Below the pieces are notes generated by a model. That model had not been told where the DNA came from, did not search any database, and saw nothing but the letters and a program-made list of their open reading frames with translations. A stretch of 64,000 bases of DNA from Dimorphilus gyrociliatus. Lineage: Eukaryota > Animalia > Annelida. The stretch lies in assembly GCA_904063045.1 (NCBI GenBank), contig CAJFCJ010000007.1, forward strand, positions 3,603,404 to 3,667,403, given 5' to 3'. Both the position numbers and the translations under genes were made by a program. Below, one piece after another: positions 38,093 through 51,852 of this stretch (the first letter of the stretch is position 1; every line of letters begins with the position of its first letter).

Positions 38093-39690
38093 ATAAATTT
38101 ATACTTAAAAACACTGTATATAAATTTTTTCATTCTAAAATTAAGTATGAAAGTGAAAAAGAAAATGAAAGATAAAATGAGAAAGGAAGAAAGGAAGAAA
38201 GAAAAAAGAGAGAGAAATTTACACATTTTATTATTTTGTTTGTTTGTTTTTTTTTGTTCACGAAAACAATTGTACTTTCAATAAACGATAATTTATAATC
38301 GTTAATGAGCAGTTTGTCAAATTTATTATTTATTGCTTCTTAATCTATCTTTTCTTCTTCTTCCTCCTCCTCCTCCTCTTCCTCCCCCTTCTCCTCCTAT
38401 TCTTCTTCTTCTTCTTTTGTAAAAATATTATAATAACCATAGAAAGAATATACAAGGGACAAAGGGAGAATATTGTAAGATGCTAAGAGCTTTTCTCTGA
38501 TATAATAGAAGAGGAATAGAAAAGGCGAGAAAATTAGATAAGTGAGGGAAAATGGGCGGAGTTTATAACGGATAGGTTTATTGCGTTTAGAAAGAATATT
38601 GCCCAAACGGAAGCATTTTGAGTGTCAAAACTGACACTTGACCTATAAAAATATCTCTCCGTGCAACTTGAAAATATGCTTTCTTGTAATAGCCGAATAG
38701 AACGCAAAGTAGTAATTATAGGTCACGTGACATTATTGAGGAGGATAAGCACCAAGTGACAAAGAGAATAAAGATAAAAACTGCAGAGTGAGCGAATGTT
38801 TTGAAAGATAATAAAATAAGAGGAGAGATAAAGAAAAGAATGGGAAATAAGACTATTGGAAGAAGAAGAAGAAGAAGAAGAAGAAGAAGAATATGATGAT
38901 GGTGAAAAAAAGGAAAATCTGGAAAAGTAGGCGAAAATTTTATGTTTTCAAAACATGGAATGTAAAACAGTTAAAAATCGCCTTTAAAATTTAATTTCCT
39001 GCCAAACTTGAAATAATCCTATCGATCCATGGAGAAAATTACCTGCCTAACGACGCTAATGTATCAAAGAAAAGCTTGATTTCCGATCAGACGTGATTGC
39101 GCATATTAATCCAAAATCGGGGTGTCAATTTTTTCGACGCTACCCGCGTTTCTCTATATAAACATCGAATTTGCAATGGATTATTAGTGGATTAACAACC
39201 ACCGTCCAACTATTTGTTGATAACTAGCAGGCAGTTTGCCTATGCATAATTTATGCTAATGATTTGCCTGTAAAATTTTTCGGACGAATATTTTTTTGTA
39301 TAGATTTGTATAAATGAGATTTATTTCTCTCTTGTCTAAACTACTTAAGAGTCTTATTTTAAAGAATTAGGCCTACTAGTTTGTAAAAAGAGGAAACCAA
39401 TATCCTACTTAATTATATTCCAATGTGATTTTTAAGTGTATAAAGCTCTACACTTGTAAATTGCCTTTAAATTTACTCAATTCGCCACCTAAATAAGAAG
39501 GATTTATTCTCTTGAAGGTACTCAACAATCTTTACCTATTATGAATCCTAATTAAGATATATAGGGTGGATTAATTTATAGTTATTCCCTCAAAAAATTA
39601 TCGTTTAAGGGCTAGGGCGAAAATTCTCCAATCCCCGGAAAGAGAGGAAGTATATCAGGGAAAAAAAACCACCATTACACAGTAGTACCA

Positions 39691-39705
39691 CCAGTAGGAG
39701 GCGCT
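39691..39705 (+). promoter_or_regulatory. CTCF-like motif CCAGTAGGAGGCGCT between the two BarH genes
   Basis: Matches CCASYAGRKGGCRS except at one position. Confidence 0.5.
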
Positions 39706-41492
39706 CGAAAGCAACGCTAAATGGATGCAAATGGAAGCGATAAAGAGACAAATCACATTCATAGAACAGACAATATTCGATTCGCCCGCGGATAAATAAA
39801 CTTTATTTATCGAACATGGCTGGACTGCGACGTTTTTGCGCGGTTTACTTAATCGAATTGCAGTATTTTCATTTTAAGCTACTGCAAAACATTTCTGCTA
39901 TCTCTTTAAAAACATTGGTAAAAGGTTTATTAAATTATAAAGCAAGTAAAATTCTGCGATTTCCCCCTGCACCGAAATCTATACTCTTTAAGTATGTACT
40001 CGCAGAAATGGAGAACATATAGGCCTAAGGGTATATGCATTCCCTCATTGCGGTCGATGTCTGGTCAACTGCAACGAGTGCGCTAATAGCTCAGCCAACT
40101 GTCGTCAAGAGGCGTCTCTCGCCGTGTAAAGTGACATCTCAAAATGTCGCCGGGGACGAATCGGATTTCCCTACTACTGCAGAGCATTTTGCAGTCGGTC
40201 GCTTTAAATACAGATCGTCTGCATTATTCAACGCCGCTAAGATACGGCGCGACGCCGACGAAAGTGGTGTGAATTTTGGATGAGAGTGACTACTGTAGTT
40301 TTATCCCTCAATAAAACTGTATTGTTTAAACAAAATATCTTACAATCCCAATTGTAATTTATACAACGGTTTACATTGTATATTATATTCTGATGCAGTT
40401 GGGGAATAGACGCTTTTATTGCAGCGTGTAATTTAGATTTGATTTTACATGCTTAATAATTTTTATCGATATTGCGCATAGCATTACAAACTGTTTAGGT
40501 ATTATATGTTTGCCAAGGAACATACAATTAGGAAGGAAGGCAGGATGTGACACTTGCGTGTTTTAGAATTGTTTAACCTAGCCTACAAGCTAATAGGCCT
40601 ATGAAGCGACAACAAATTTATAACAGCCCCGGAATTTATATATACCAAAAGCCGTTAAATAATCGAATATATATATATACAGTATATAGATTTATGTAAT
40701 ATACTTTATATGCACATATATACACACTGTATATATAAATATCGGAGACGCTCCCGAGCGTTTCGTGCAAATTGTCAACAAATATAAAGTGTAAATAAAT
40801 AAGCGCAATAGCGGCGTATAAATGGGCGGCGTTCAGCCAAGCGCGAAGCGGCGTCTCCTCTCGTCAAGTCAATTTTCGAGCCGTCTCCGAACCGAATTAC
40901 AAACAATCGACGCCGCTAACGAGATTTGTTTACCATTTACTGTAAAGTGGCTCTGTTGCCGCTGATATTTAGGAGTATTGCCCATGGTATATTTGTTTAT
41001 TTATTATACTTTTGTCGCAAATAAAGGTCTTTTATATACATATCAATACAAATATACATATATGCATTTAAAAAATATGCATTCTACGATAATTATGATA
41101 GGAATTATAATGCAGAGAAAATATTTCATACCAGTTTCCATATTAAAAAATTTATAGAGCAAGAAGCAAAGAAGAAGAAGAAGGGAAGAAAATATTAACT
41201 TTTTAAACAGGAAACGCTTATAAAAAATAACGTTTGAGTAACGCCTTTTTTTTTTGTTTAAAATAATAAAAACAAAAGAATTAGAGGGAAGAAAGGATAA
41301 TTTTTAATAAAAGAATCATAATTAATGCATGACATAAATATTACGGTTTAAAGGGTAATGGACCTAGGGAAAATGAGAATGAAATATCTCTCCATGATAT
41401 AACTATTAAATATTTATGGCGTTTTGTAAGCTGTTTGGTCGAAATATATTATCGAATATATACTATACATATCCTATATAGATTAGTATATA

Positions 41493-41523
<31 letters not shown>

Positions 41524-42379
41524 CTAAGAGAGAAAATGTATTATATCAATAATAGGATTGAATATATCGCTTTTGCTTTATTTATTTACACTTTATGCTT
41601 GTTGACAGTTCGCACGATCAAGTCAATACTCTAAAGCACACGTATAGATATATACTTAGTTAAAACAGCCAATTAATCTCTCTAATCTCTAATCCATAAT
41701 AGATTATTCCAAAATGGCGTGCTATCCTTTTTTTTAAAAAATATACAATAGATTGGATAGTAAGCAGTAAAACGCCAACCTAATTGTTCACTTTGGACGC
41801 AAATTGTGGAAAAAGTAGCGCAAAGCACGAAATAAACCTATCATACAGTTCCTGTTATATCCATCTTAGTCTTTGTTTAATAGTTTCTCGATGAATGCAT
41901 ACAAAATATTTCGAGCTTATACAACTATGTTTCTATTTCTGGCCATAAATTATTAATAAGTGCAGTATACGGTATTTAAATTTACACACGCGTTACATTT
42001 ACATTTACATATTTAACTATATAAATACACAATATACATCTCATTGTAATCTTCCACTCCCGCTTCTTATTCTCTCTTATCAACTCTTAGTCACTCGAAA
42101 ATATACATACTCGATTCCCCTGTATGCATATATGTATATATAGACTGTATAACGTTGGCGAACTACTTCCAAAATGGGAGGAGTTTAACAAATAGGCGGA
42201 GTCTATTAACTAGCCAATCAAATCTAAGAGTATTCTCCCGACACATCTGCCGTCTTCTTTTATTCAGCGTGTTTTAGCAATTCACCGTCAAACTATCAAC
42301 TTCAAACGCGAAAGCGGAAATCCAAAAGATTTCTCTTTTTATCTTTCTAAAAAGATAAAAATAAAGATAAAGAAAAAAA

Positions 42380-45300
42380 ATGACAGAGAAAATTGAATCG
42401 AAAATCAGAACGAGCTTCTTCATCGACGACATATTAGGAACATCACCATGCCCCGACGAAGATATCAGCGTCTCGGAAGAAGGTACAATTTATTTTACTA
42501 TTGACCTAGATTATAATTTGATAAACAAAATGGCTACCAAAAGTAAACATTGTCATATGGTGGCGCAATTCGATGTTTTTAAAAATTATAAATAGCAACA
42601 AAAAAAAGAATTAAAAGGGTAAAGAGAGTTTGATAACGGAGCAAATTGAAAAGAAACTATATAAATATATATAGAATTTATATATATATATATACTATAT
42701 GTATGAAAAAAAGGTCAAAAAGAACATTTAAAGGGAAAAAGAAATAAAATTTAAATGGGAATGTTTGTACTGCTAAAAATCGACAATAACTTTTTATTTA
42801 TTATATTAAAAAATATCTAGTGAATAATAGCCGTAAAATAGATATTCTTACAAAAAGAACAAACTAAATTTCAGGTAAATTGAAGTAGTAATAGAGAGTG
42901 TGTTTTTTACGACTATTTACGTCAAATAAAAGATTTTAATGTTGATAAAGAGGTAGAAAGAGAGGAGAGAGAGAGAGAGAGAACTCTCTTTTCTTTTTCA
43001 TTGATTTTATTTCCCCTTCTACTATACTTTTCTAAAATTTAAATGTATAAACAACTTACCACAATTCAATATCAATGAAAGAATCAGATTAAAATGTCAA
43101 ATTTTCCTATTCAATAGCCAGGATTGTAGTATGAAAATGTACTTAGTAAAAATTGAATTGATACCAAGTCTGATAAGGGAAGAGAATGAATGAATTGACT
43201 GAATGAATGAATAAAAAAAAAAGATTAATAGTTTTAAAAATATGATGAAAGAGATTAGCGAATTACCTCATTCTTATGAAATGACTTCTAAAAATAACAC
43301 GATTTATAGATTTATATAAGGGATTGGTATGTGTTTTGATAAGATTAATGTTATAAAAATATTCTATTAAAAGTCTTATTTGAAATAAGATGTCACTTTC
43401 AAAGATTTAACACTACTGTTACTCCTCCTACTTGTGCTCTTTTATTAAAATAGTAATGGAAGTGATATGTAATTGAAAACCACACGTGTAAGAGGATTTA
43501 ATCAAGATCTTTTTACGTCATGTGAGATAGAATTGTAATTATTAGGCAATCAAACTAAAATATTATAATAATAAAGGTCAAGCGGGTGCAGATCTTTTAA
43601 AAAAAGACATCTTATCATCTTTAAATTGATAATAGAATGGTCATTAACAATTATTAAAAAAATACATTGTATTATAGATACGAGACAATAAGAAACAAAT
43701 GTTTTATCTCCCATTTAAAGAATAGCAAATCTGGTGATGTATAGCGAGATGTTTACTTTTCACTATTTCTATTATAATAATTGAATAAATAGAGAGAAAA
43801 ACCAAAAATTTTGCATGCATAATTAAGTAAAAATGTCAATCGGACAAGGCAGATCACAGACGATGATAAGCGGTCGAGCAACAGCTGTTGAATACAGACG
43901 CTGTAACATCTGACATGTAATACATTCGAAACGTCACCCTTTATACCAGAGGGCAGATTTCTAAAAAGAAGATAATAACACCCTTTTTCAAACCTTATCG
44001 TATATCTTTATCGGTTGGAACCCGCATGTTCAATTAGTTGAATATTTAAATTGTTAAGAAAGCGAAACTGTATACTATTATATATTCAGTTATTTATTAT
44101 AGTCGGTATAGGAAGTTTAAGAATACCACTCTATATTTTCCCACAATTAGTCTATAAAAATCATACATTATACCCTATTATTTCCCCCTATCTTTTCAGA
44201 AGAGAATTGTTCCCAAACTGCTGGAAGACCTATTAGATGTAAGAAAGCTAGAAAAGCTAGAACCGCCTTCACCGATCATCAATTGAACGAATTAGAAGCG
44301 AGTTTCTCAAGACAAAAATACCTCAGTGTTCAAGATCGAATGGAATTGGCATCTAGATTGAATCTCTCCGATACACAAGTCAAAACTTGGTACCAAAATA
44401 GAAGGTAGGACTTGATCTAATAAATTATTTTCGTATTTTATTCGTTCGAAACTAATTTACAAAGAGAATTATATAAAGAGCGAGCTAAAATTGTAAAAAG
44501 TTTATAATACAAGAGGTGCAAAGTGGCGAAAAGGACAAGCTATGAATGGCAATGAAAAGAATAGAGATTTAGGCAATGATTTGACTAAATAAATAACTTT
44601 ACTATCTCCTATTTTTTCCCATTCACAAACATTATCTTATCAACAAAATAAAAAAGACCTTATACTTTGTACAAGAATCACTTGACTTAATAAGAGAAAA
44701 AGGGGGAGGAATAGAGTTTATCGGCAACTTCTCCATTAAAGTATACATTTAATGGAAGAGTCGTTTGATATATAGAATATTAATCAACAATAGAGGTAAA
44801 ATACGGAGGTGGATACCACTATCTCTTCTAAATACAGTTGTATTTGATGAGTGTTCATTAAATGTTAATTCCGCATTCAGATATGATGTGTGAATAGGAT
44901 TACTTATGAATAAGTAATTTTTTAATTGATGTATTCGTCCTAACCTATATTTTACGCTTAACTATTTATGACAAAATATTGAAATTATTCAATTTTCCAT
45001 TGACCTTTGACACTAGTATTCTCTATTAGTGTCTTGTCGTTTTTCTTTCTCTTTCTCCTCTTCCTTTCTTTGCAGGATTATTTACTATATATTTATTATA
45101 TTAACGATTAGATTTTATTCGACTTATACATAAGAGAGGATTTTAAGGGGAATGAAGACAGAGAGGAGGGAGGTAATAGAGAAGAGGAGAATGTACATAA
45201 ACAAAAAAAGAACCGCTTTAACGAACTGCTACGTACGAACAATAAGTTAATGAATAATTTTATTGAAACGCTACTAAAGTTTTCATGAAAATTACGTAAC

Positions 45301-45720
45301 AATCTTGCAATTATACTTAAACATCAAAGGGAATATTATAACGATTTTAGTTCAATTACAAAGTAGTTGGAACGTTATTATCTTTTTTTTCCTTTATTCA
45401 TTTTATAGATTAGATAACGTTAAATAAAGAACTAAAAAAAATTTGATAATAAATGTCATCATCCGTAAATAAAATTTCGTAATAGAGAAAAGGAAATTAT
45501 TGTAAATTGATGTCATGTTTTTTCATGCAGAACCAAATGGAAGAGACAAACAGCAGTTGGGTTAGAACTATTAGCGGAAGCTGGTAATTTAGCGGCTGTT
45601 CAACGACTCGTTCAAACGAACAACAATTATTGGAATCATTTTTTACCAACTTTCCGCCCATTCCAGCCCATACGATTTTTTCCGCCCCTTATGAACAACT
45701 TTAGCAGACAATCTCATTAG
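42380..45720 (+). CDS. BarH: BarH-like homeobox protein, paralog B; exons 42380-42482, 44200-44404, 45531-45720 (165 aa); exons 2-3 absent from the ORF track
   Basis: eh1 motif SFFIDDIL; near-identical Bar homeodomain (KARKARTAF...WYQNRRTKWKRQ) and [21 protein letters not shown]; same intron phases as paralog A. Confidence 0.95.
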
Positions 45721-47436
45721 TTGTTGAGAAGGAAGAGAAAATATTGGCTATGATTTTTTTTCTCTTCTTCAAGAAAAACATTACTTAAACGAATGAACTG
45801 TAAATATTTTAAAGGCGAAATATATATACTGTATATGCTTTATACACTGTTTATTAAGCTGTATATTCATATTGTCCGTTGTGTATCTCTGTACAGCTTT
45901 CTAAGCATGCGCAATACGAACAAGATTACAAATGATACTAACAAATTACATGCAAATATCACAATAAATGAAAAAAAAGTTGAAGAAATAAGACTATGCA
46001 TAAACGCTATTCTTTACAAATAAATTTGCATATATTAGCATATATATGTATTTATTATACATATACATATATTATATTTTATTGGTAATAATGTTCTGTC
46101 GTGACTGGACGAGCCTAGATATTTTTAAAAAAAGAATTATAGGATGATAAAGAAAATTTAACCTCTTTACTTTAATTTTTCTTTCGAACAAAGACAGTAT
46201 TTATTAAGTTTAAACGCGAGCGTTGCTTATAGTTAATTCATTAGGCTTAATTAATCTAATATAATTCCTACAAACGAAGGGGAAAAAAAGTTGGATAAAG
46301 ATAAATTGATCTTGTTCATGCTAAGACAATCGATTATTAAATATTTTAAAAAATTGATTAATTTCTACTTTCTTAATTATATATAAATATTTTCTTGGTG
46401 TAATTAGTTAATTAGTTAATTAGTTACCTTGATTAACTAAAGTTTTTTATTGATTATTGATTCAAAAATTTTAACATACCTGTTCAATCTTTTGTGCTAT
46501 TTTTAAATACATGCAAAGCATGAATGTGCCCGATATACAATTTTATGTAAATAAACAGAAGGTGAACTAATAGACGCCCCTTTCCTTTATACTTTTGTAA
46601 CGGCCATGCGTTTCTTTCGTCAATTATTCACGACCAATTTGGTATTTGTGCGAGTAAAAATTTTTAGCTCACGCTAAGATCACCACTTGTTACCGTAATT
46701 CTTTATTTTATTTTGCTTCTTCCTCTCTCTCTCTATTTCTCTCTTTATTTTCTACTTACTTACTATACTTCCGGTCTAGACGTATTTCTTTTCAATATTT
46801 CTTATCTATCTTGTTGACATCTAAAACATAATATTTTTCCCACTCTCAATTCAATATACCTTTAAAAAAAGTCACCGCCTTTATCTAGACACAACACTCA
46901 CTGCCCCCTCCCACCAACCACCCCTCCCCCAACCTGTATCTATTTCTTTCCTTACTTAAGCCTTATTTATTTATATATTTATCTAGTAATTATATTTTTC
47001 TAAATAAATTCTTACATTTCCCACGCTTTATAAAATTTCCGCCCACATTATATTGCAGATCGCTCATTCAGATAGTATTGAGTGATTTCAATTTCTTATT
47101 GAATAGTCAGCGTTTAAAGGCGATTTCCTATGCGCGTGAGAACGTCAAAATGGCCGCTTGACGCCCTTAATAATTCAATGGGTGACGGTTCGCGAAATTT
47201 TTAATGATTTTTTACTTTGAATAAAGTTAATTATTTAAGTATTTCAATTGCGCTTTTTGTTTGTTGATAGACTGTATTGATTCATTAATAATTTGCAAAG
47301 ATTTTACACCTTTTTTTATCAATTTCCACCAAGAACACGTTTGTTACAATTGACTGTTTTCATTCTTTTTTTTTCACCCTATCCAAAAGGGAAAAGCGAC
47401 AAATAATGAATTTTTTAAAGGAGAAAGAAAATATAG

Positions 47437-47475
<39 letters not shown>

Positions 47476-48593
47476 GAAAATAAAGAACCTTATAAATATA
47501 TAGGTTATCGAATATCTATTTATACAAGTAATACCTTTATAAAATAAAATATTCTTTGTTTTATTGGAAAAAGACTTTGGGAAAACTTCAAGACAAAATC
47601 TAATTGTTTAATATATACTTGTATATATACCGTATATATATATATACGCTATTTAATCATTATACTATTATTTACAAACTATACAGTTTACATATTATTA
47701 GAGTTTGATGAAAAGAGTAGCTCAGCATTCAATGGAAATTATCTCATATAAAATATGAATGTTTATAGAAAACACTCAAGTTAAAGGTTTATGCTAAATG
47801 AATACGGGTAGAGATATATTCTATTAAGCTTATTGGCAAATCGAACTCTCTCTAATAGCACGTCAAATTGACTAAAATCAGTTATTGAGGAATCTGGTAC
47901 CAGTCTAGAAAAACGAGCTGTATATTGGTGATAGGAGGTAATCCGTTAATATTATTGACGTCTCAATCAGACGGCCATCAACAAGCGATTAACGGTTAAT
48001 AACGACGGTGGCGGGCGTCGATAAGCGTCTTCGGATTGTTTATCGATGGGGTTGCGATAACCGGAAGAGACGCCCCTTGATTGGAAAAATGACGGCATAT
48101 GCGGATTGAGCTATTAAATTTCCACATGACTGGTAAAAATATTCATTGAATAGACGCTTTTATATATATGCATAAAACACGTACGCAGAATGTTTAAAAA
48201 AGATGCTTAAGAAGAAATTCTATACATAAAAATAGTCTATTTGACGATATTGTATGAATAGATTATTACGAGTGAGAGGAATGGCATATTTTATCTTCAT
48301 GTATACAAATATCTGTTTATCTCGAACATCCTATTATGTAATAATAGAGAAGGTACTCAAAACTAGCACCCGCATTCGGTACACTCGTTTATATGAGTGT
48401 GTCCGCGCTTTTCCCTCTTCAATTCTATCTAAGATCTTTTTATGCAATAATTTTGAATTGAATAAGAACTTGAACAGATAAGAAAATTTCGACTATTCAT
48501 AGTAATAAAAGAGAGAATTTAACGTTCCGGTTATAAAGACCGTAAAAATATTTTCATAGTCACGGAAGGATGTCGTTAGGTCGTTGTTTTTCA

Positions 48594-48608
48594 ACAGTAG
48601 GGGGCGTC
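48594..48608 (+). promoter_or_regulatory. CTCF-like motif ACAGTAGGGGGCGTC downstream of BarH-B
   Basis: Matches the CAGTAGGGGGCG CTCF core. Confidence 0.5.
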
Positions 48609-51547
48609 TCGTTTAGTCCAGTAATTTCTTTTTTATAGCACCTTTAGGCAATTTTAACAGTTTCTCTTCCAGCAATTCAAGGCTTCATTTAACAAATCAT
48701 GTCGTAATGCCAACAAAGATTAATTACTTTGTCAATTCAACAAGTTTCGATAACGTCTCCAAGAACTTGATTAATTAGTCTATTGCGTAACAACTAGCCC
48801 TAAGGTTTGGACTTTGCTACTTCAAAGGAGGATTGGAATCTTGGAAAGTAAATAATAAAGATATACTAAGCATCTTTTTGCAAAAATTTCCTATATTATC
48901 CTATACGATTATAATTGATTTGTAATTGGATTATAGAAGCGATTAAAAGGGGGAGGTTGATGTAGAAAGGAGGGGAGGAGAGGGTAAAAAGGTAATTATC
49001 AAATTTTCTACTACTCCCCCTTACCCTCCTACTCTTTGTTTTGGGGCGGGAAAAAATTAATTTTCCCCTTCTTTCAATTAATCAAACAACAGATGCCACA
49101 CTTTTGGAACAAGTTAATTCCTTTATGTTTTTTTTCCACGCTATCAAAAAAGGGGTCGAAATCACGCAAAGTTCTACCCCCAACCGACCTTTACTCCGTT
49201 CGCCGCCGCCCCTTCTTATCCACTCTGCTTAATCCGGTTTTTTGCGATAATAAAAGCAAAGAAAACCGATATTTTCATGCCTAATCAAACTTTTATTGTA
49301 GATTTTAAATATATATATATATATATATATATATCTTAAGCCAATAGATCCTTTATTAATCTTTACGAGGCACATGCGGTATAAATCAGGCCTAACACGA
49401 GATTATTAACAATCGAGTACGTAAGAAGAAGTGATGAAGAATGGGAGAGGAGCAAGAGGAAGCACGACTTGTTTCCCTTTGAATTTTTTATTCAGCCCCT
49501 ACAAACCAGAACGGATTAAGCCTCAGCCAAACTAGCGATTATCCTAATCCCCTTTTGGTTATTACTTATTCGTGCGTAATAACGAATTTATTTACACCTC
49601 TCTTTTTTATAATTTTAAGCTTTCGCGGGTTTTCGACCAAATGGTTCGTTAATCATGCGCTTCTAATTCCTTAAAATAACCGTGTCAGAAGCCTTTTAAT
49701 CTCGATTTTCGTTTTGCTCGCCAAATTTAACCTTTAGTTCTTTCATCTTCATCACACAAAATGTTGTAAAAACTCTTTAATGAGCGTCACGGGCGTCGTT
49801 TTCACTTTACGTCAAGTTCTTTTTATTCTTACAGTTTGGGAGATTGAAAGAAAGAAAGAGAAAGAGAGAGAGAGAAAAAAAACGACTATCTATCTCCTTT
49901 TAGAGTAACTTGATGAATTATGTGCGCGGCGTATCATCTTCAAAGATCCCTTCTAAACGACTCGTATAGTTTTCTTTACTGATAAACATTAAGTAAATTT
50001 GTATATATCAAAGTTATCTCAATGAATTCTCTTTTATTAAGAAAGAGAAGAAGAAGAAGACAAAAGCCTCTCAAATAAAAAGAAAAGCAAAATATAGTAT
50101 AGAATATTCCCAAGAAATTCAAATGAAGTTTAAACAAATAAGCGATTAGAAGAGAGCCTCCATTATCGTATGTTTGACAAATTAATACAAAAAATAAGAC
50201 ACAGGCGCCCTAAAGTCTCCACCCGAAAATCCCGCCTCCTTTGAAACCCGACCGCCCACAACCTAAAAAAGAAATTTTCCGATAGAAACAACTTAACGAA
50301 CAAACTGAAAGAAATAACGGGAAAAGTTAGAGAATAGAGGTGTTTATGTACGTTTGGAAGGGAGGGGGTCGTTTTCAAGTGGAGTGAGGGGGGAGGGGGG
50401 AGGAGGTAAGGCGTAAAAAGGAGTTTTATAGTATAGTTATTGGTAGGAGGGGAGAAGGGCGTTTTTTTATTGCAAATGGATATAATTGTTAGAAATATAA
50501 TCATAATAACGCTGTTTAAAGAGAATCTGAAATCAAAATAAAATCAACGGCTTAACACCTACAGCTTGTTTGGACAGTTGCATTTCGGGAAATTATCCAA
50601 TTTAACCCCCTATTTAGATTTTTTGTTCGGCAAATTTAGAAATAAAAGAGAAAATTTAGACAAAAGAGAAAGAAATAGGGGGGAGAGGGGAAAAATCCGC
50701 CCAAGGGCTTCTTCGATTAACGTTGCCCATATTCGTTGGAATTCTATTACTTTATCCCATAAAAATCCTTTGAAATACGAGGTTTTTTTGGTTAATTAGG
50801 AAGAGGGCAGTCTCCTTTTCTTTCCCTTTACAGTATTTTCGCATATTTTATCCTAGTACAAAAAAGAAAACTTTACTTTTTATTGGATGACGATTTGTTG
50901 GGCCTACTTAATCCGGGTTCGCGCCCCTAACCATTCCAGGATAAGGGATGGGATTCCTTTCTAACCCTTTTTCCTCAAACCAGCTCATGTTTTGAGTATT
51001 AGTCACTAATTCAATCTTAATGCCAGGTTAAATAGGGAATTTAAAAAAAAACAACGATTCGTTTCTTTAAGGCTAGTTTAGATTAAGATTTCCTACTTTT
51101 TTCTCCTTGTTTAAAAAGAACTTTAAGAAATTCCCCATTTTTTTCTCTCTCTCTTCTCCTTTCTTCATTCGCCCGAAAAGACCAGTTTCTCCCCCCAACA
51201 CCCTCCCCCCTTCCTCTATCTCTTTTACAAAAAGAAAATAGAGGTATGGACGTTAACTATTGTTGACAAGAGTTAATCGTAAATAAACAAGCTAGGTAAA
51301 AATCGTCTAAACAAACCGCATTGCCTTTTAAATTCGCACCCGTATCGTTTACAAAATAGATTAAGAGGTTCTTTTATATATATTGTAGACGGTTTCTAGT
51401 GCGATCTATTCTCAGCGTGTGGGAAAATGGGTTTTTTTATGCATATTTAATGAGGTAAATTTAGTGGTCGATTGCTACTTATACACAGTTTTTCCTATCA
51501 AGTTAGCTACTTACAACTGTTACTTAATCATTCTAAGTAAGAAGGAT

Positions 51548-51852
51548 CGCTAGGTGGCAGCACAATCTGACAATAATGACGCCATCTAGTAAATAACTAC
51601 GAAACAAAACAAGATAAAATAAGAAAAGTATATAAATATATATAAATATACTGGAATATTGGATATTAAATATTGTATTATAGTAATATATTTATATAAA
51701 TACAATATATAAGTAATATTTGTCCTGATATTTTTTTAAGTAATGAATTTCTATTAAATTACCATTTGCTTTTCATCTAGTAAATAGTTTCTCAATTAAT
51801 TATTTTAGCTAGGTGTCAGCACAGTACAGTAAACTTATTACTCCATCTGTAG
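51548..51852. promoter_or_regulatory. Cluster of four CTCF-like motifs arranged as two forward/reverse pairs
   Basis: CGCTAGGTGGCAGCAC (51548, +), TTACTAGATGGCGTC (51578-51592, -), GCTAGGTGTCAGCAC (51808, +), CTACAGATGGAGTAA (51838-51852, -). Confidence 0.55.

Noticed and set aside
38916-38930. TGGAATGTAAA resembling the miR-1 5' end
   Set aside because: The match stops after 11 nt and no complementary hairpin arm is present.
47017-47142. Su(H)/CSL-like sites TTCCCACG and CGTGAGAA (others near 36656, 44138, 51418)
   Set aside because: A rough estimate gives about 4-5 such 8-mers by chance in 64 kb, and the spacing does not fit a paired site.
40404-48162. 15-mer GAATAGACGCTTTTA repeated at 40404 and 48148
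   Set aside because: A 14-nt version also occurs inside SPIDR coding sequence (52929); matches of this length are expected in AT-rich DNA.
50360-50405. G-rich tract able to form a G-quadruplex
   Set aside because: Low-complexity purine tract like many others in the window; no independent support.
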